Shown here: one piece after another, positions 53,976-64,000 of the stretch
How the letters are laid out: every line of letters begins with the position of its first letter
Position numbering within the stretch: the stretch's first letter is position 1
Source: an uncultured Burkholderiaceae bacterium
GTDB lineage: Bacteria; Pseudomonadota; Gammaproteobacteria; Burkholderiales; Burkholderiaceae_B
Assembly: GCA_964620485.1 (NCBI GenBank)
Contig: CAZUGU010000012.1
Location: 14,573 to 78,572 of the forward strand
Direction: 5' to 3'
Length of the DNA: 64,000 nucleotides
Made by a program: the position numbers and the translations under genes
The notes under the pieces: model-generated
Databases searched by the model: none
The model's input: the letters and a program-made list of their open reading frames with translations, nothing else
What the model was told of the DNA's origin: nothing

Positions 53976-55073
53976 TTAGTGTAAATAAATATTATTGAAA
54001 CGCTTTTCTAAAAAATATTCACTATATTTTGATATTAAATAACAAAAAATAAAGTAGATAAACGAAATAAATACATATGTTTCAATACCAACACCGTGCC
54101 AAGCAACATCTGATAATGCAGCTTTAGATGTAAGAGTTAGATCTAATATTCCAATTGTAACAACTAGGGATGTATCTTTAAATATGGAAATAAAGATACC
54201 TATTAAAGGTGATATTACTATTCGTAATGCTTGAGGTAAAATAACTTTATGCATCTGCTGCCAATAATTTAATCCTAAAGAATTAGATCCTTCATATTGT
54301 CCAATAGAGATAGCTTGCAAACCACCTCTTATTGTTTCAGCAACATAGGCTGATGCAAATAGAATAATAGCAACTTGGGCTCTGAGAAGTTTTCCAGATA
54401 TATAGCTTTCTGGAAAGACTATAGGCACTATGACCGATGATATGAATAAAAGACTAATTAGTGGTACTCCACGAAGTAACTCAATATATCCCATGCAAAA
54501 AAATTCAATAATTAGCATGTTTGAATTTCTTCCCAAAGCTAATAATACACCAATAGGTAAGGATATTATTATTCCAAATGTTGATAAAATTAAAGTTAAA
54601 GGTAAACCACCCCAACTGGAACTATCTATATAAATTAGACCAAATATTCCTCCTTGCATCAGCAAGGCAACAGTACATAAACCAAATATCCAAAAAATTG
54701 GTAAGAAATAATTCCAGAATTTTTGAACACCGCTTATCACAAGCATACTAATCAAAATTAGTATTACTAGAAATGGTCGCCACTGTTCATTATATGGATA
54801 AATTCCAAAAAAAATTAATCGATATTTATTAATAATAAATGCCCAACATGCTCCTTTCGAATTACGACATTCTTTAGACGATATTGCAGAAAAATTTGCT
54901 TTAAAAAATAACCATTCCAATATCATTGGAATGGTTATAACAAAAAACCAGACTAATAAGATTGTAATTAATATATTAATTGGAGATGAAAATAGTCGAG
55001 TCTTTATCCATTTCTGCACAGAAGAATAAATAGAACGTAATAAATCCTGTAATGGATGTAAAAAAATTACCAT
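53976..55073 (-). CDS. aapM: General amino acid ABC transporter permease (AapM/YhdY type)
   Basis: 365 aa with HisM-family permease core (ELLRGVPLI, AAYVAE..RGG) and a long N-terminal TM extension as in AapM/YhdY. Confidence 0.75.
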   Translation of the reverse strand: MVIFLHPLQDLLRSIYSSVQKWIKTRLFSSPINILITILLVWFFVITIPMILEWLFFKANFSAISSKECRNSKGACWAFIINKYRLIFFGIYPYNEQWRPFLVILILISMLVISGVQKFWNYFLPIFWIFGLCTVALLMQGGIFGLIYIDSSSWGGLPLTLILSTFGIIISLPIGVLLALGRNSNMLIIEFFCMGYIELLRGVPLISLLFISSVIVPIVFPESYISGKLLRAQVAIILFASAYVAETIRGGLQAISIGQYEGSNSLGLNYWQQMHKVILPQALRIVISPLIGIFISIFKDTSLVVTIGILDLTLTSKAALSDVAWHGVGIETYVFISFIYFIFCYLISKYSEYFLEKRFNNIYLH

Positions 55074-55077
55074 TTTT

Positions 55078-56271
55078 TCAATATTTTATTAGTATTAAAC
55101 GTCTGTTATACCAATTTATAAAAATTGATATCAATAAACTGATACTCAGATAGACAGCAAGAATAATTATTACTCCTTCTATTGCCAGACCAGTCTGATT
55201 GATAATGACACTCACTATTGATACAATATCGGGATAGCCGATAGCTACTGCTAATGAGCTATTTTTTGTTAGATTTAGATATTGACCTATTATCGGTGGC
55301 ATAATGACTTTCAATGCTTGAGGAAATATAACTAAACGAATTACTTGCCATCTCTTCAATCCTAATGAATTTGCCGCTTCCCATTGACCTTTTCCAACAG
55401 AATTTATACCTGAGCGTATTACTTCTGAAAGGAAAGCAGATGTATGAAAAACTAATCCAATTGATAGAGCCAGAAATTCTGGAGTTAATGTTAAACTATC
55501 ATGAAAATTAAACCTATCCATTTTTGGAAAGTGAAATATAATGTTTATATACCCGAATAAGTACATCATTAAGTAATAAATGATAATTATTGCTACAATT
55601 ATACGAATTGATGGAAATTTTCGGTTTTTTATTATAAAAAACCGATTATATATCCAAGAGATTAGAATAAAAACAAAAGAAAAAATTAATATAGAATTTG
55701 TTCTTTCGGAATATAAATAATTAAATTCTATTCTTGGAATATCCAAACCTCTATTAGAAATAAATATACCTGGAAATAAATTGATAGCATTACATGGATG
55801 GGGAGTATTTTCGATAATTAATGCATACCAAAAAAATAACTGCAGTAATAACGGTACATTTCTGATTATTTCAACATATATTATACTGATCTTATTAATC
55901 AGCCAATTTTTAGAAAAACGACTTATACCTATTAATATTCCTAAAAATGTTGATAACATTATTCCAATCACTGCAATATATAAAGTATTAAATAATCCAA
56001 CTAATATTGCACGAAAATAAGTATTATCCGCATTATAATTAATTAATATTTCTCCTATATCAAATCCTGCCTCTTCTGTAAGAAAATTAAAACCTTTTAA
56101 AATTCCATGAATCGACAAATTATACAAGGCATTAGAAATGAAACAAGTAGTAAATACTATAAAAATCAATGCAATAAATTGATAAATTATAGAACGTACA
56201 TTTGAATTATTCCAATATTTGGAAAAAATTAAAAATATATAAGCAGTAAAGAAATATTTATTTTGGTTCAT
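55078..56271 (-). CDS. aapQ: General amino acid ABC transporter permease (AapQ/YhdX type)
   Basis: 397 aa with the same permease family (E.IRN.PLLLQLFFWY, SAFL.E.IRSGI..V..GQ.EAA.SLGL). The size matches AapQ/YhdX. Confidence 0.75.
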   Translation of the reverse strand: MNQNKYFFTAYIFLIFSKYWNNSNVRSIIYQFIALIFIVFTTCFISNALYNLSIHGILKGFNFLTEEAGFDIGEILINYNADNTYFRAILVGLFNTLYIAVIGIMLSTFLGILIGISRFSKNWLINKISIIYVEIIRNVPLLLQLFFWYALIIENTPHPCNAINLFPGIFISNRGLDIPRIEFNYLYSERTNSILIFSFVFILISWIYNRFFIIKNRKFPSIRIIVAIIIIYYLMMYLFGYINIIFHFPKMDRFNFHDSLTLTPEFLALSIGLVFHTSAFLSEVIRSGINSVGKGQWEAANSLGLKRWQVIRLVIFPQALKVIMPPIIGQYLNLTKNSSLAVAIGYPDIVSIVSVIINQTGLAIEGVIIILAVYLSISLLISIFINWYNRRLILIKY

Positions 56272-56556
56272 TGAATTGAATTTAAAAATTAAGTTTATAT
56301 AAAATCCATTATTTTCAATATTGTAATATTTTTATATATTTTAAAGGATTAAAAAAACTGATGCATTACACTTTGTGAAGTAAGACAAAAAATTAGTAAT
56401 TTATTTTTAATTCTTATTAACTTACTAAGATTATTAAAATAGTTAATATAGAAAATATTTGAAAATCCTAATTAGAATTTATCTAAATATATCTATATTT
56501 TTCCTCATAATTTTCTTTCATTTTAAAACATATCAAATGTTTTTTAAAAAGTAGAA

Positions 56557-57603
56557 GTGAATTTAGCTCAAAAAGTTGTCAAGTGGCATAAATTATATGG
56601 ACGTAAGGACTTGCCTTGGCAAGGAATAAAAGATCCATATAAAATATGGTTATCTGAAATAATGCTACAGCAAACTCAGGTAGCCACAGTAATACCTTAT
56701 TACTATCGATTTATTAATCGATTTCCAAACATCAATATTTTGGCTTCTTCTAATCAAGAGGAAGTTATGTTGTATTGGATAGGTTTAGGATACTATGCGA
56801 GAGCACGTAATCTACATCTTTGTGCAAAGATTATAGTATCTGATTGGAATGGAATATTTCCATTAGATTCTAAAGATCTTTGTAAATTACCAGGTATTGG
56901 TCGATCAACAGCTGCTGCTATTGTAGCTTTTTCCTATGGAAAATCAGAGCCTATTATGGATGGAAATGTTAAACGAATTTTTACACGCTATTTCGGAATT
57001 GATGATGAAACCAATAAATCTACAGTCAAACGTTACTTATGGAAATTAGCTGAGCAACAAATAGAAAAAACTAAAAATTTAAATATGTCCCTTTATACTC
57101 AGGGAATTATTGATCTCGGCGCTACTGTATGTACGATTAAAAATCCTAACTGTATTTCTTGCCCTATCGCAAAAAATTGCGTTGCAAAGCAACAAAATCG
57201 ACAATCAGAATTACCAAAATCTAAAAAAATTTTTAAGAAAAAAAAACAAATTAATATGTTAGCTATGAAAAATAAGCATTTCATCCTTCTCGAAAAACGT
57301 CCATCTAGAGGAATCTGGGGAAATCTCTGGAGTTTTCCAGAGTTTGATAATAATAAACTGATGGAGAACTTTATTCAAAATCTTGGTATTTTTGATCAAA
57401 AGCCATCCGAATTGACTAATTTTATACATACATTAACACATTATCAATTGCACATAATGATATATATTTTCAATATAGATTCTTCGTTATGGAAATTTAA
57501 TATAAGCCAATTTCCATCATATTTTTGGATTAAAACTGAAAAATTAGATTGTATTGCTATACCCCCTGCTATTAAAAAAATTTTAAACAGAATTATTATT
57601 TGA
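56557..57603 (+). CDS. mutY: A/G-specific adenine DNA glycosylase
   Basis: 348 aa with a GTG start (no in-frame ATG nearby). It has the HhH-GPD motif, a 4Fe-4S loop C-x6-C-x2-C-x5-C (CTIKNPNCISCPIAKNC) and a C-terminal NUDIX-like domain. Confidence 0.85.
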   Translation: MNLAQKVVKWHKLYGRKDLPWQGIKDPYKIWLSEIMLQQTQVATVIPYYYRFINRFPNINILASSNQEEVMLYWIGLGYYARARNLHLCAKIIVSDWNGIFPLDSKDLCKLPGIGRSTAAAIVAFSYGKSEPIMDGNVKRIFTRYFGIDDETNKSTVKRYLWKLAEQQIEKTKNLNMSLYTQGIIDLGATVCTIKNPNCISCPIAKNCVAKQQNRQSELPKSKKIFKKKKQINMLAMKNKHFILLEKRPSRGIWGNLWSFPEFDNNKLMENFIQNLGIFDQKPSELTNFIHTLTHYQLHIMIYIFNIDSSLWKFNISQFPSYFWIKTEKLDCIAIPPAIKKILNRIII

Positions 57604-58429
57604 TAATAATCTTATAATATTTCTTATATAAAAGAATATCTAATAAAGAAGCAGATTAAATTCCCTCTAAAGAAACAATTTCTTCAGAAAAATAAGTATA
57701 AACTGGGGATAATTTAACTTGATTTGTATTATTAATCTGTGTGGAATGTAAAGTTTTACAATGAAAATATTGTATCTGTTTCATACATAGTTGGAAAAAT
57801 TGCCTTTTTAACCAATCTGCATTTTTAGCATGAGTAATTTTTAAAATTTTTTATTATCAAATTGATCAGATTCGAATTGAAAAATATATGATTCTGATAA
57901 AAAAGATAAAATACTATTTTTCTTCTATTTATGTACCCATTTCTAACCAAATAGATACTAAATTATCACCACTAAATGATCAATAACGAATATCTTGATG
58001 CTAATCAATATGACCACTACATGAAAGATGTTTAATCATAATGTAATTATAATACACCAATGAAAGAATTGATTTTCTACTAAAATATTCTAATAATCAA
58101 TCACAAATCTTAAGAAAAGATTATTTCTGAAAAATATAGTCTCTATTATATAGAGATATTTAGTATGCGTCTGATTGTCAATTCGCCTATTACATAGCGA
58201 TTAATAAGTGAACCAGTGTATTTAAAAATATCAGATTCGTATTCAAACGGTTATTGTATAGAATAATCACAATTTTTCTGAGTGAATTGTTTCAATTATC
58301 TATAATAATTTAAGTGAAATAAAATTCTTTATTAAAAAGAAAGCCATAATTTCTCAGATATTCCTGTTGATAAAAAGCATTACTAGATAACATGCGATTT
58401 CTAACTATTTTATATTTTAAATAATTTAT

Positions 58430-59530
58430 TTATTGTTTTCTTGGCATTGAACGATTTTTAATGTGTAAGATCTTCTGTTCTTTTTGAGTATTTCGGACCC
58501 ATTCTCGCCACATACCAACAAGTAAGGCCATTAATACTGGTCCAACAAATAAACCAATAATACCCATTGTTTTGATACCACCAACAAGACCAAAGAATGT
58601 TGGCAAAAATGGTAATTTTACCGGTCCTCCAACTAACCAAGGTCTAAGAGATTTATCAACAATTAACAATTCAATCGATCCCCACATAAAGAGACCAATA
58701 CCAGAAGCAGTACAACCAGATCCTATTAGATATAAGCTAACCAAAGTAAATGACAAAGGAGCACCTCCTGGAATTAATGCCATAAAACTAGTTACTATAC
58801 CCAGTAGTATAGGAAATGGAACATTAGTTATCCAATAAGCCATTCCTAATATTACTCCTTCCCCCATAGCGATTAGTCCCATACCATTAATTGTTGCGCT
58901 AATTGTTGCAGGAACAACACGCGATAGGCGCGTCCAACGATCTGGAAGAATTCGTTCACCTAAAACATCTAATTGCTGAATTACATAAGAACCATCTTTG
59001 TATATAGAAAAAAGAGTTACTAACATGAATAGCACTGCCATTAATAGATGAAAAACATTACCAGTTGCTGATATTAGCATTCGATAAATATCACCTAAGT
59101 GTTCTCCACTAATCAGTTTTACTAAGTCTCCTAATACATGGGGTCTACCTAAAAATATGCGCCAATATTCTGTTAATTTATCTCCGATCACTGGAAGTGC
59201 AATAATCCATTGAGGTACTTCCATACCATGTTTGTTGGCTAAAAGAGCCCAACTAACAAAATTACCCGCTTCTTGTATCGCATATGATAAAGCCAATCCT
59301 ATAGGTATTACAAGAAGTAAAACAACTAGAAAAATTGCTAAAGATGCAGCTAGGGTAGTTCTGCCACCTAAATAATAGACTACTCTTTGATAAACTGGCC
59401 AACTAGCAAAACCAATAACTAATGCTGCGAGTGTCGGTATAAAAAATACATTTAAAAAATAAATACCTGCTAGTACAACTAAAAACAGTAAAGCTCTGGC
59501 GACAAGCAATGTAGGTAATATTTTCTGCAT
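58430..59530 (-). CDS. AI-2E family transporter (PerM/YdiK-like permease)
   Basis: 366-aa polytopic protein with the family-typical C-terminal half (FIP.GG....V.........G...F....L..D..LRP.L.G......P....F....GG...G..G...GP). Confidence 0.7.
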   Translation of the reverse strand: MQKILPTLLVARALLFLVVLAGIYFLNVFFIPTLAALVIGFASWPVYQRVVYYLGGRTTLAASLAIFLVVLLLVIPIGLALSYAIQEAGNFVSWALLANKHGMEVPQWIIALPVIGDKLTEYWRIFLGRPHVLGDLVKLISGEHLGDIYRMLISATGNVFHLLMAVLFMLVTLFSIYKDGSYVIQQLDVLGERILPDRWTRLSRVVPATISATINGMGLIAMGEGVILGMAYWITNVPFPILLGIVTSFMALIPGGAPLSFTLVSLYLIGSGCTASGIGLFMWGSIELLIVDKSLRPWLVGGPVKLPFLPTFFGLVGGIKTMGIIGLFVGPVLMALLVGMWREWVRNTQKEQKILHIKNRSMPRKQ

Positions 59531-59660
59531 AAATAGCGTAAGAAGATTATTATAAATTCTTTAAATAAAGAGTTTATAATAATCTATATAAAAAAGAATT
59601 TAAAGAAAAAATGGTTTTAAGCAAAGTAATAAATATAGAATAACAATAAGAATTAATTCT

Positions 59661-61535
59661 CTACTTTTTTTCATATTGTCTCAGTTGTGATAAATCACGG
59701 ATTGCTCCACGATCAGCTGAAGTTGCTAATGCTGCATAAGCTTGTAATGCCTGAGATACAAAACGAACACGATTTTTTGGTTTCCACGGATCAGAACGCA
59801 ATCTCATAACTTCATCTCTATGAGCTAAATCAGTATCAGATACAACAAGATTTATACTCCGATTGGGTATATCAATTTCGATTATATCACCTTCTTGAAC
59901 TAAAGCAATTGCTCCCTCTTCAGCAGCTTCTGGTGAAGCGTGACCAATTACTAAACCTGACGATCCACCAGAAAAACGACCATCAGTAAATAATGCACAA
60001 ACTTTTCCTAAACCTTTTGACTTTAAGTAAGAAGTAGGATAGAGCATTTCTTGCATTCCAGGTCCACCTTTAGGTCCTTCATAACGAATAATTATAATGT
60101 CACCTGCTTTTATTTTATCATCAAGAATAGCAGTGACAGCTGTATCTTGACTTTCGAAAACACGAGCTTTCCCAGTAAATATCCATTGCGATTCATCTAC
60201 ACCTGCAGTTTTAACTATACAACCTTTTTTTGCAAGATTTCCATATAGAACACTTAATCCACCATCTTTCGAATAAGCATTTTTAATACTTCGAATACAA
60301 CCTAACTTACAATTCATATCTAAAGATGGATATTCAGTATTTTGACTAAATGCTTCAATGGTAGGAATACCTGCTGGTGCAGCAAGATAAAATTTTTTTG
60401 CTACATGATTTTTTGATTCATCGTTTCGAATATCCCAATCATGAATTGCCTGACCTAGAGTACCACTATGTATATTTCCTACTGTTAGATCTAATAAATT
60501 TCCACGTTTTAATTCTCCTAAAATAGCAAAAACTCCACCTGCCCGATGTACATCTTCAATATGATATTTATCAGTAGCTGGAGCTACTTTACAAAGACAT
60601 GGAACCTTCCTTGAAATACGATCAATGTCTGCCATAGTGAAATCCACACCTGCTTCTTGTGCTGCTGCAAGTAAATGCAACACAGTATTAGTCGAACCAC
60701 CCATAGCAACATCTAATGACATAACATTTTCAAATGTACTTTTATTGGCAATACTACGTGGCAAAACTGATAAATCTTCTTGTTGATAATAACGTGTACA
60801 AAGATCTACTATTAAACGACCAGCTTTTTCAAATAATTTCTTGCGCCATATATGAGTAGCAACAATAGTTCCATTACCAGGTAGTGCCAGACCCATTGCT
60901 TCTGTAAGACAATTCATTGAATTAGCGGTGAACATGCCTGAACAAGATCCACATGTCGGACAAGCATTTTGCTCAATTTCATATGACTCGGAATCACTTA
61001 CGTTAGGATCAGCTGATTTAATCATAGCATCTACCAAATCGATTTTGGCAATAATTTCTCCATTAATTGGAGATTTAATTCTTCCTGCCTCCATAGGACC
61101 ACCAGAAACAAAAACAGTAGGAATATTCAAACGCATCGTTGCCATTAACATACCAGGTGTAATTTTGTCACAATTTGAAATACAAACCATTGCATCAGCA
61201 CAATGTGCATTAATCATATATTCCACAGAATCGGCAATTAGATCTCGAGAAGGCAATGAATACAGCATACCGCCGTGTCCCATAGCGATACCATCATCGA
61301 TAGCTATTGTATTAAATTCCCTAGGAACTCCACCTGCTGATTCAATTTCTCTGGCTACTAACATGCCTAATTCACGTAAATGAATATGCCCCGGAACAAA
61401 CTGTGTGAAAGAATTAACAACAGCAATAATTGGTTTTCCAAAATCTGTATTTTTCATACCAGTTGCTCGCCATAAAGCTCTAGCCCCAGCCATATTACGT
61501 CCATGAGTAGAAGTATGGGAACGATATTGAAACAT
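59661..61535 (-). CDS. ilvD: Dihydroxy-acid dehydratase
   Basis: 624 aa. [34 protein letters not shown] and [11 protein letters not shown]-like ([11 protein letters not shown]) motifs. Confidence 0.95.
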   Translation of the reverse strand: MFQYRSHTSTHGRNMAGARALWRATGMKNTDFGKPIIAVVNSFTQFVPGHIHLRELGMLVAREIESAGGVPREFNTIAIDDGIAMGHGGMLYSLPSRDLIADSVEYMINAHCADAMVCISNCDKITPGMLMATMRLNIPTVFVSGGPMEAGRIKSPINGEIIAKIDLVDAMIKSADPNVSDSESYEIEQNACPTCGSCSGMFTANSMNCLTEAMGLALPGNGTIVATHIWRKKLFEKAGRLIVDLCTRYYQQEDLSVLPRSIANKSTFENVMSLDVAMGGSTNTVLHLLAAAQEAGVDFTMADIDRISRKVPCLCKVAPATDKYHIEDVHRAGGVFAILGELKRGNLLDLTVGNIHSGTLGQAIHDWDIRNDESKNHVAKKFYLAAPAGIPTIEAFSQNTEYPSLDMNCKLGCIRSIKNAYSKDGGLSVLYGNLAKKGCIVKTAGVDESQWIFTGKARVFESQDTAVTAILDDKIKAGDIIIIRYEGPKGGPGMQEMLYPTSYLKSKGLGKVCALFTDGRFSGGSSGLVIGHASPEAAEEGAIALVQEGDIIEIDIPNRSINLVVSDTDLAHRDEVMRLRSDPWKPKNRVRFVSQALQAYAALATSADRGAIRDLSQLRQYEKK

Positions 61536-62029
61536 AATTTCCTTATATTTAATTTTAATAAAATTATAGGAGTAAAGTGAGAAGTAAATGAATCCTATTA
61601 CAAATTAGAGAATAAATATGCATTCCTAATAAAAATATTATGCTTGAATTTGAAAATTTATGCACATATATTTTATTATGAGATTATAGAAAAAGTTCAA
61701 AATTCTATAAATAGATTTTTTATAATTAGTTTCATTTGAATTATTTCTAAAATATTACTTATAAGATTATATGATTATATAAACTCAAACAGAAAATTGA
61801 TTAAAAAATCAACATAATTGAATCTAGTTAGATTCATATTTATGAAATGTTATAATTTGTTATAATTCAAAAAAATAACATTGTCTGAACTAATTTTTAA
61901 AATTATTTAATTGATATATTAAAGAGTAGATTTTCTTTGTATTAATTGTATTAAGAATACTGATTTTTTAATATTAAAAGAATGAATTATAAAAATATTA
62001 ATATCAAAATATTCAAGAATTTAAAATAG

Positions 62030-62674
62030 ATGATTCCAAAAAAACTTTTCGATGGATATCAAATTTTTCTAAAAAAGCATTTTTTTGAAAATAGAAAACG
62101 CTATTCATCTTTATCAAGATCGGGTCAAAAACCAGAAATTATGCTATTTAGTTGTTGTGATTCTCGTATATCACCAGAATTAATTTTTGATACAAAACCT
62201 GGCGAAATGTTCATTGTACGTAATATTGCAAGTTTAATACCACCTTACCAAAATAACAGCAAATTTCCTGGTAGTTATACAATAGATGCTGCTATTGAAT
62301 TTGCTCTCAGTATCTTGAAAATTAAACACATAATTGTACTTGGTCATAGTAAATGTGGTGGTATTCGCTTTATCTTAAGAAAAGATAACTCATTCAAAAA
62401 ATTCGATTCAATTTCTAAATGGATATCCCAAATTCAATTTCTTTGTAAAAACTTTGATATTAATGTAGATGAAAAAATTAGAATCAAAAATTTGGAATTA
62501 GAAGCTATTAAATATAGTTTAAAGAACTTGCTGACATTCCCGTTAATCACAAGATGTGTAACACAAAACAAATTAGAATTACATGGGGTTCACTTTACTA
62601 TATCCACTGGAGAGTTATTGATGTTTTCTTCAAAAGAAGATAATTTTTTTCCTTTGCGATCATCAAAACAATAA
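62030..62674 (+). CDS. Beta-class carbonic anhydrase
   Basis: 214 aa with zinc ligand motifs CCDSR and GHSKCGG, plus FIVRNIA. Confidence 0.85.
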   Translation: MIPKKLFDGYQIFLKKHFFENRKRYSSLSRSGQKPEIMLFSCCDSRISPELIFDTKPGEMFIVRNIASLIPPYQNNSKFPGSYTIDAAIEFALSILKIKHIIVLGHSKCGGIRFILRKDNSFKKFDSISKWISQIQFLCKNFDINVDEKIRIKNLELEAIKYSLKNLLTFPLITRCVTQNKLELHGVHFTISTGELLMFSSKEDNFFPLRSSKQ

Positions 62675-62731
62675 ACATACCATTTATAATATTCACCGTT
62701 CATTAAAATCTTATAGTTTTATCTAGAAAAA

Positions 62732-63310
62732 TTATTTTTTATTTTTAATGCCTTCCCAATATAAAATAGGAACGCGAATATTAAAAAAATTTAATACACG
62801 ACCGACGGTATGATTTACCATATCTTCAATCGAACTTGGATGATGATAAAAAGCAGGCAATGGGGGAAATATAATACCTCCTGTTTCTGTTACCGAGATC
62901 ATATTACGAAGATGAATAAGATTAAATGGTGCTTCTCTAACCATCATAATAAGTGTTCGTTTTTCTTTTAAAGTTACATCAGCTGATCGAGTAATTAAAT
63001 TATCTGAAAAACCCTGAGCAATTCCTGATAATGTTCGCATCGAACATGGAACTACTATCATTCCAATTGTTTCAAATGAACCACTAGCTAACCGAGAACC
63101 AATATCTTGAATGTTATATGTATAATCTGCTAAATTCATTATATCTTGACGACTGAATCCAAGCTCATATTTAAGATTTAACAGTCCAGAAGATGATATT
63201 ATTAAGTGTGATTCTACACAATCAATTTTCTGCAACGCTTTTAATATATGTAAGGCGTAAATTGTACCTGTTGCACCGGTAATTCCTATAATTAATTTTT
63301 TTGTACTCAT
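62732..63310 (-). CDS. ubiX: Flavin prenyltransferase UbiX
   Basis: The ATG at 63308-63310 (track start TTG 63313) gives MSTKKLIIGITGATG. The start shares 1 nt with the grxD TGA stop (TGATG). Confidence 0.9.
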   Translation of the reverse strand: MSTKKLIIGITGATGTIYALHILKALQKIDCVESHLIISSSGLLNLKYELGFSRQDIMNLADYTYNIQDIGSRLASGSFETIGMIVVPCSMRTLSGIAQGFSDNLITRSADVTLKEKRTLIMMVREAPFNLIHLRNMISVTETGGIIFPPLPAFYHHPSSIEDMVNHTVGRVLNFFNIRVPILYWEGIKNKK

Positions 63311-63639
63311 CAAATTAATCTATATTCATTCGAATGAAGTAATTTTTTAAGTTCTCCATTTTTTTCCATTATATCCATAATATCGGATCCACCGATGAAT
63401 TTACCATTTACATATAATTGAGGAATGGTAGGCCAACTAGAAAATTTTTTAATACCATGACGGATTTCAGTATTTTCCAGAACATTGATAATAGTTATCT
63501 TTTCTACACCACAATTTTTTAAAATCTGGATAGCATGAGCAGAAAAACCACATTGTGGAAAATTCACTGTACCTTTCATAAATAAAACTATGGAATTAGT
63601 TGTAATAATTTCATAAAAAAAATTGTCAAGATCATTCAT
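63310..63639 (-). CDS. grxD: Monothiol glutaredoxin (Grx4 family)
   Basis: 109 aa with the CGFS active site (PQCGFS) and WPTIPQLYV.G.F.GG.DI. Confidence 0.9.
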   Translation of the reverse strand: MNDLDNFFYEIITTNSIVLFMKGTVNFPQCGFSAHAIQILKNCGVEKITIINVLENTEIRHGIKKFSSWPTIPQLYVNGKFIGGSDIMDIMEKNGELKKLLHSNEYRLI

Positions 63640-63692
63640 AAATTTGAAACGTAATTAAATTAAGTAAGTAAATTAAAATAATGAAGAAAATC

Positions 63693-64000
63693 TCAAAGAG
63701 AAGTTCCACCTGATATTCTCTCCATTCCTGCCAAATCACAATATGTTCTTATATTATAAAAACCTGCTTTATGCATTTGATCTCGTAATATATTAGCCTG
63801 TTCTGGACTATGTTCTAACCAAAGTGATGCTCCCATTTTTAAATATTTCTTTGAACCAATAATTATATGTTTTAAACATCTTAGACCATTATATTCATCT
63901 GTCAATGCAATACGAGGTTCATAGCGCAAATTCCGATGTTTTAAACAGATGTCTTGACAATGAATGTAAGGTGGATTAGAGATAATTAAATCAAAACTAT
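63693..64000 (-). CDS. prmC: Release factor glutamine methyltransferase, C-terminal part; 5' end lies outside the window
   Basis: The frame stays open to the window edge. Translation of the last bases gives FDLIISNPPYI (NPPY motif). The track 'M' at 63929 is an internal TTG (Leu). Confidence 0.8.
   Translation of the reverse strand, partial: SFDLIISNPPYIHCQDICLKHRNLRYEPRIALTDEYNGLRCLKHIIIGSKKYLKMGASLWLEHSPEQANILRDQMHKAGFYNIRTYCDLAGMERISGGTSL

Noticed and set aside
58031-58058. dif-like sequence tttaatcataa-tgtaat-tataatacacc in the mutY-perM spacer.
   Set aside because: Only about 8/11 matches to the XerD arm and about 5/11 to the XerC arm of the E. coli dif consensus, in DNA where AT-rich near-palindromes are common. 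Not distinguishable from chance without xerCD context or GC-skew data.

Overview
This window looks like ordinary core chromosome from a very AT-rich, strongly reduced betaproteobacterial genome. By eye, coding DNA is roughly 30-40% GC and spacers are much lower. I found no convincing novel multi-gene system. There is no transposase, integrase, phage gene, CRISPR array, toxin-antitoxin pair or defence island.

I can support about 52 protein genes, one tmRNA and two tRNAs, mostly on the minus strand. All identifications rest on motif and family recognition by eye, not on database searches.

Several classical betaproteobacterial synteny blocks are present:
- gyrA-serC-pheA-[gap]-tyrA-aroA-cmk-rpsA-[gap]-lapA
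- ubiG, divergent from gyrA
- ilvI-ilvH-ilvC-pssA
- rpsO-pnp
- ftsK-[gap]-serS

The window also carries a large set of importers: cstA/yjiX, livJ-(proC)-livHMGF, fbpABC and aapQMP.

The tmRNA tag (ANDKRFAIAA), the gene order and the composition fit an Alcaligenaceae-derived obligate endosymbiont, for example a Candidatus Kinetoplastibacterium-like organism. That assignment is inference only.

The interesting signals are signs of genome erosion and small regulatory structures:
- FtsK stops right after the motor domain, with no gamma domain.
- The HemW-like radical-SAM protein has CX3YX2C instead of CX3CX2C.
- An E. coli-like SpeG acetyltransferase is preceded by a 50-bp perfect palindrome.
- Gene-free scars sit exactly where relatives carry hisC, ihfB/lapB, lolA/rarA and aapJ.
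- A 1.29-kb gene desert lies between cstA and psd.
- Several spacers contain perfect two-copy tandem duplications.
- Unusually long perfect hairpins sit at gene ends.
- The rpsO leader can form a candidate pseudoknot.
- Two C34 tRNAs are retained.
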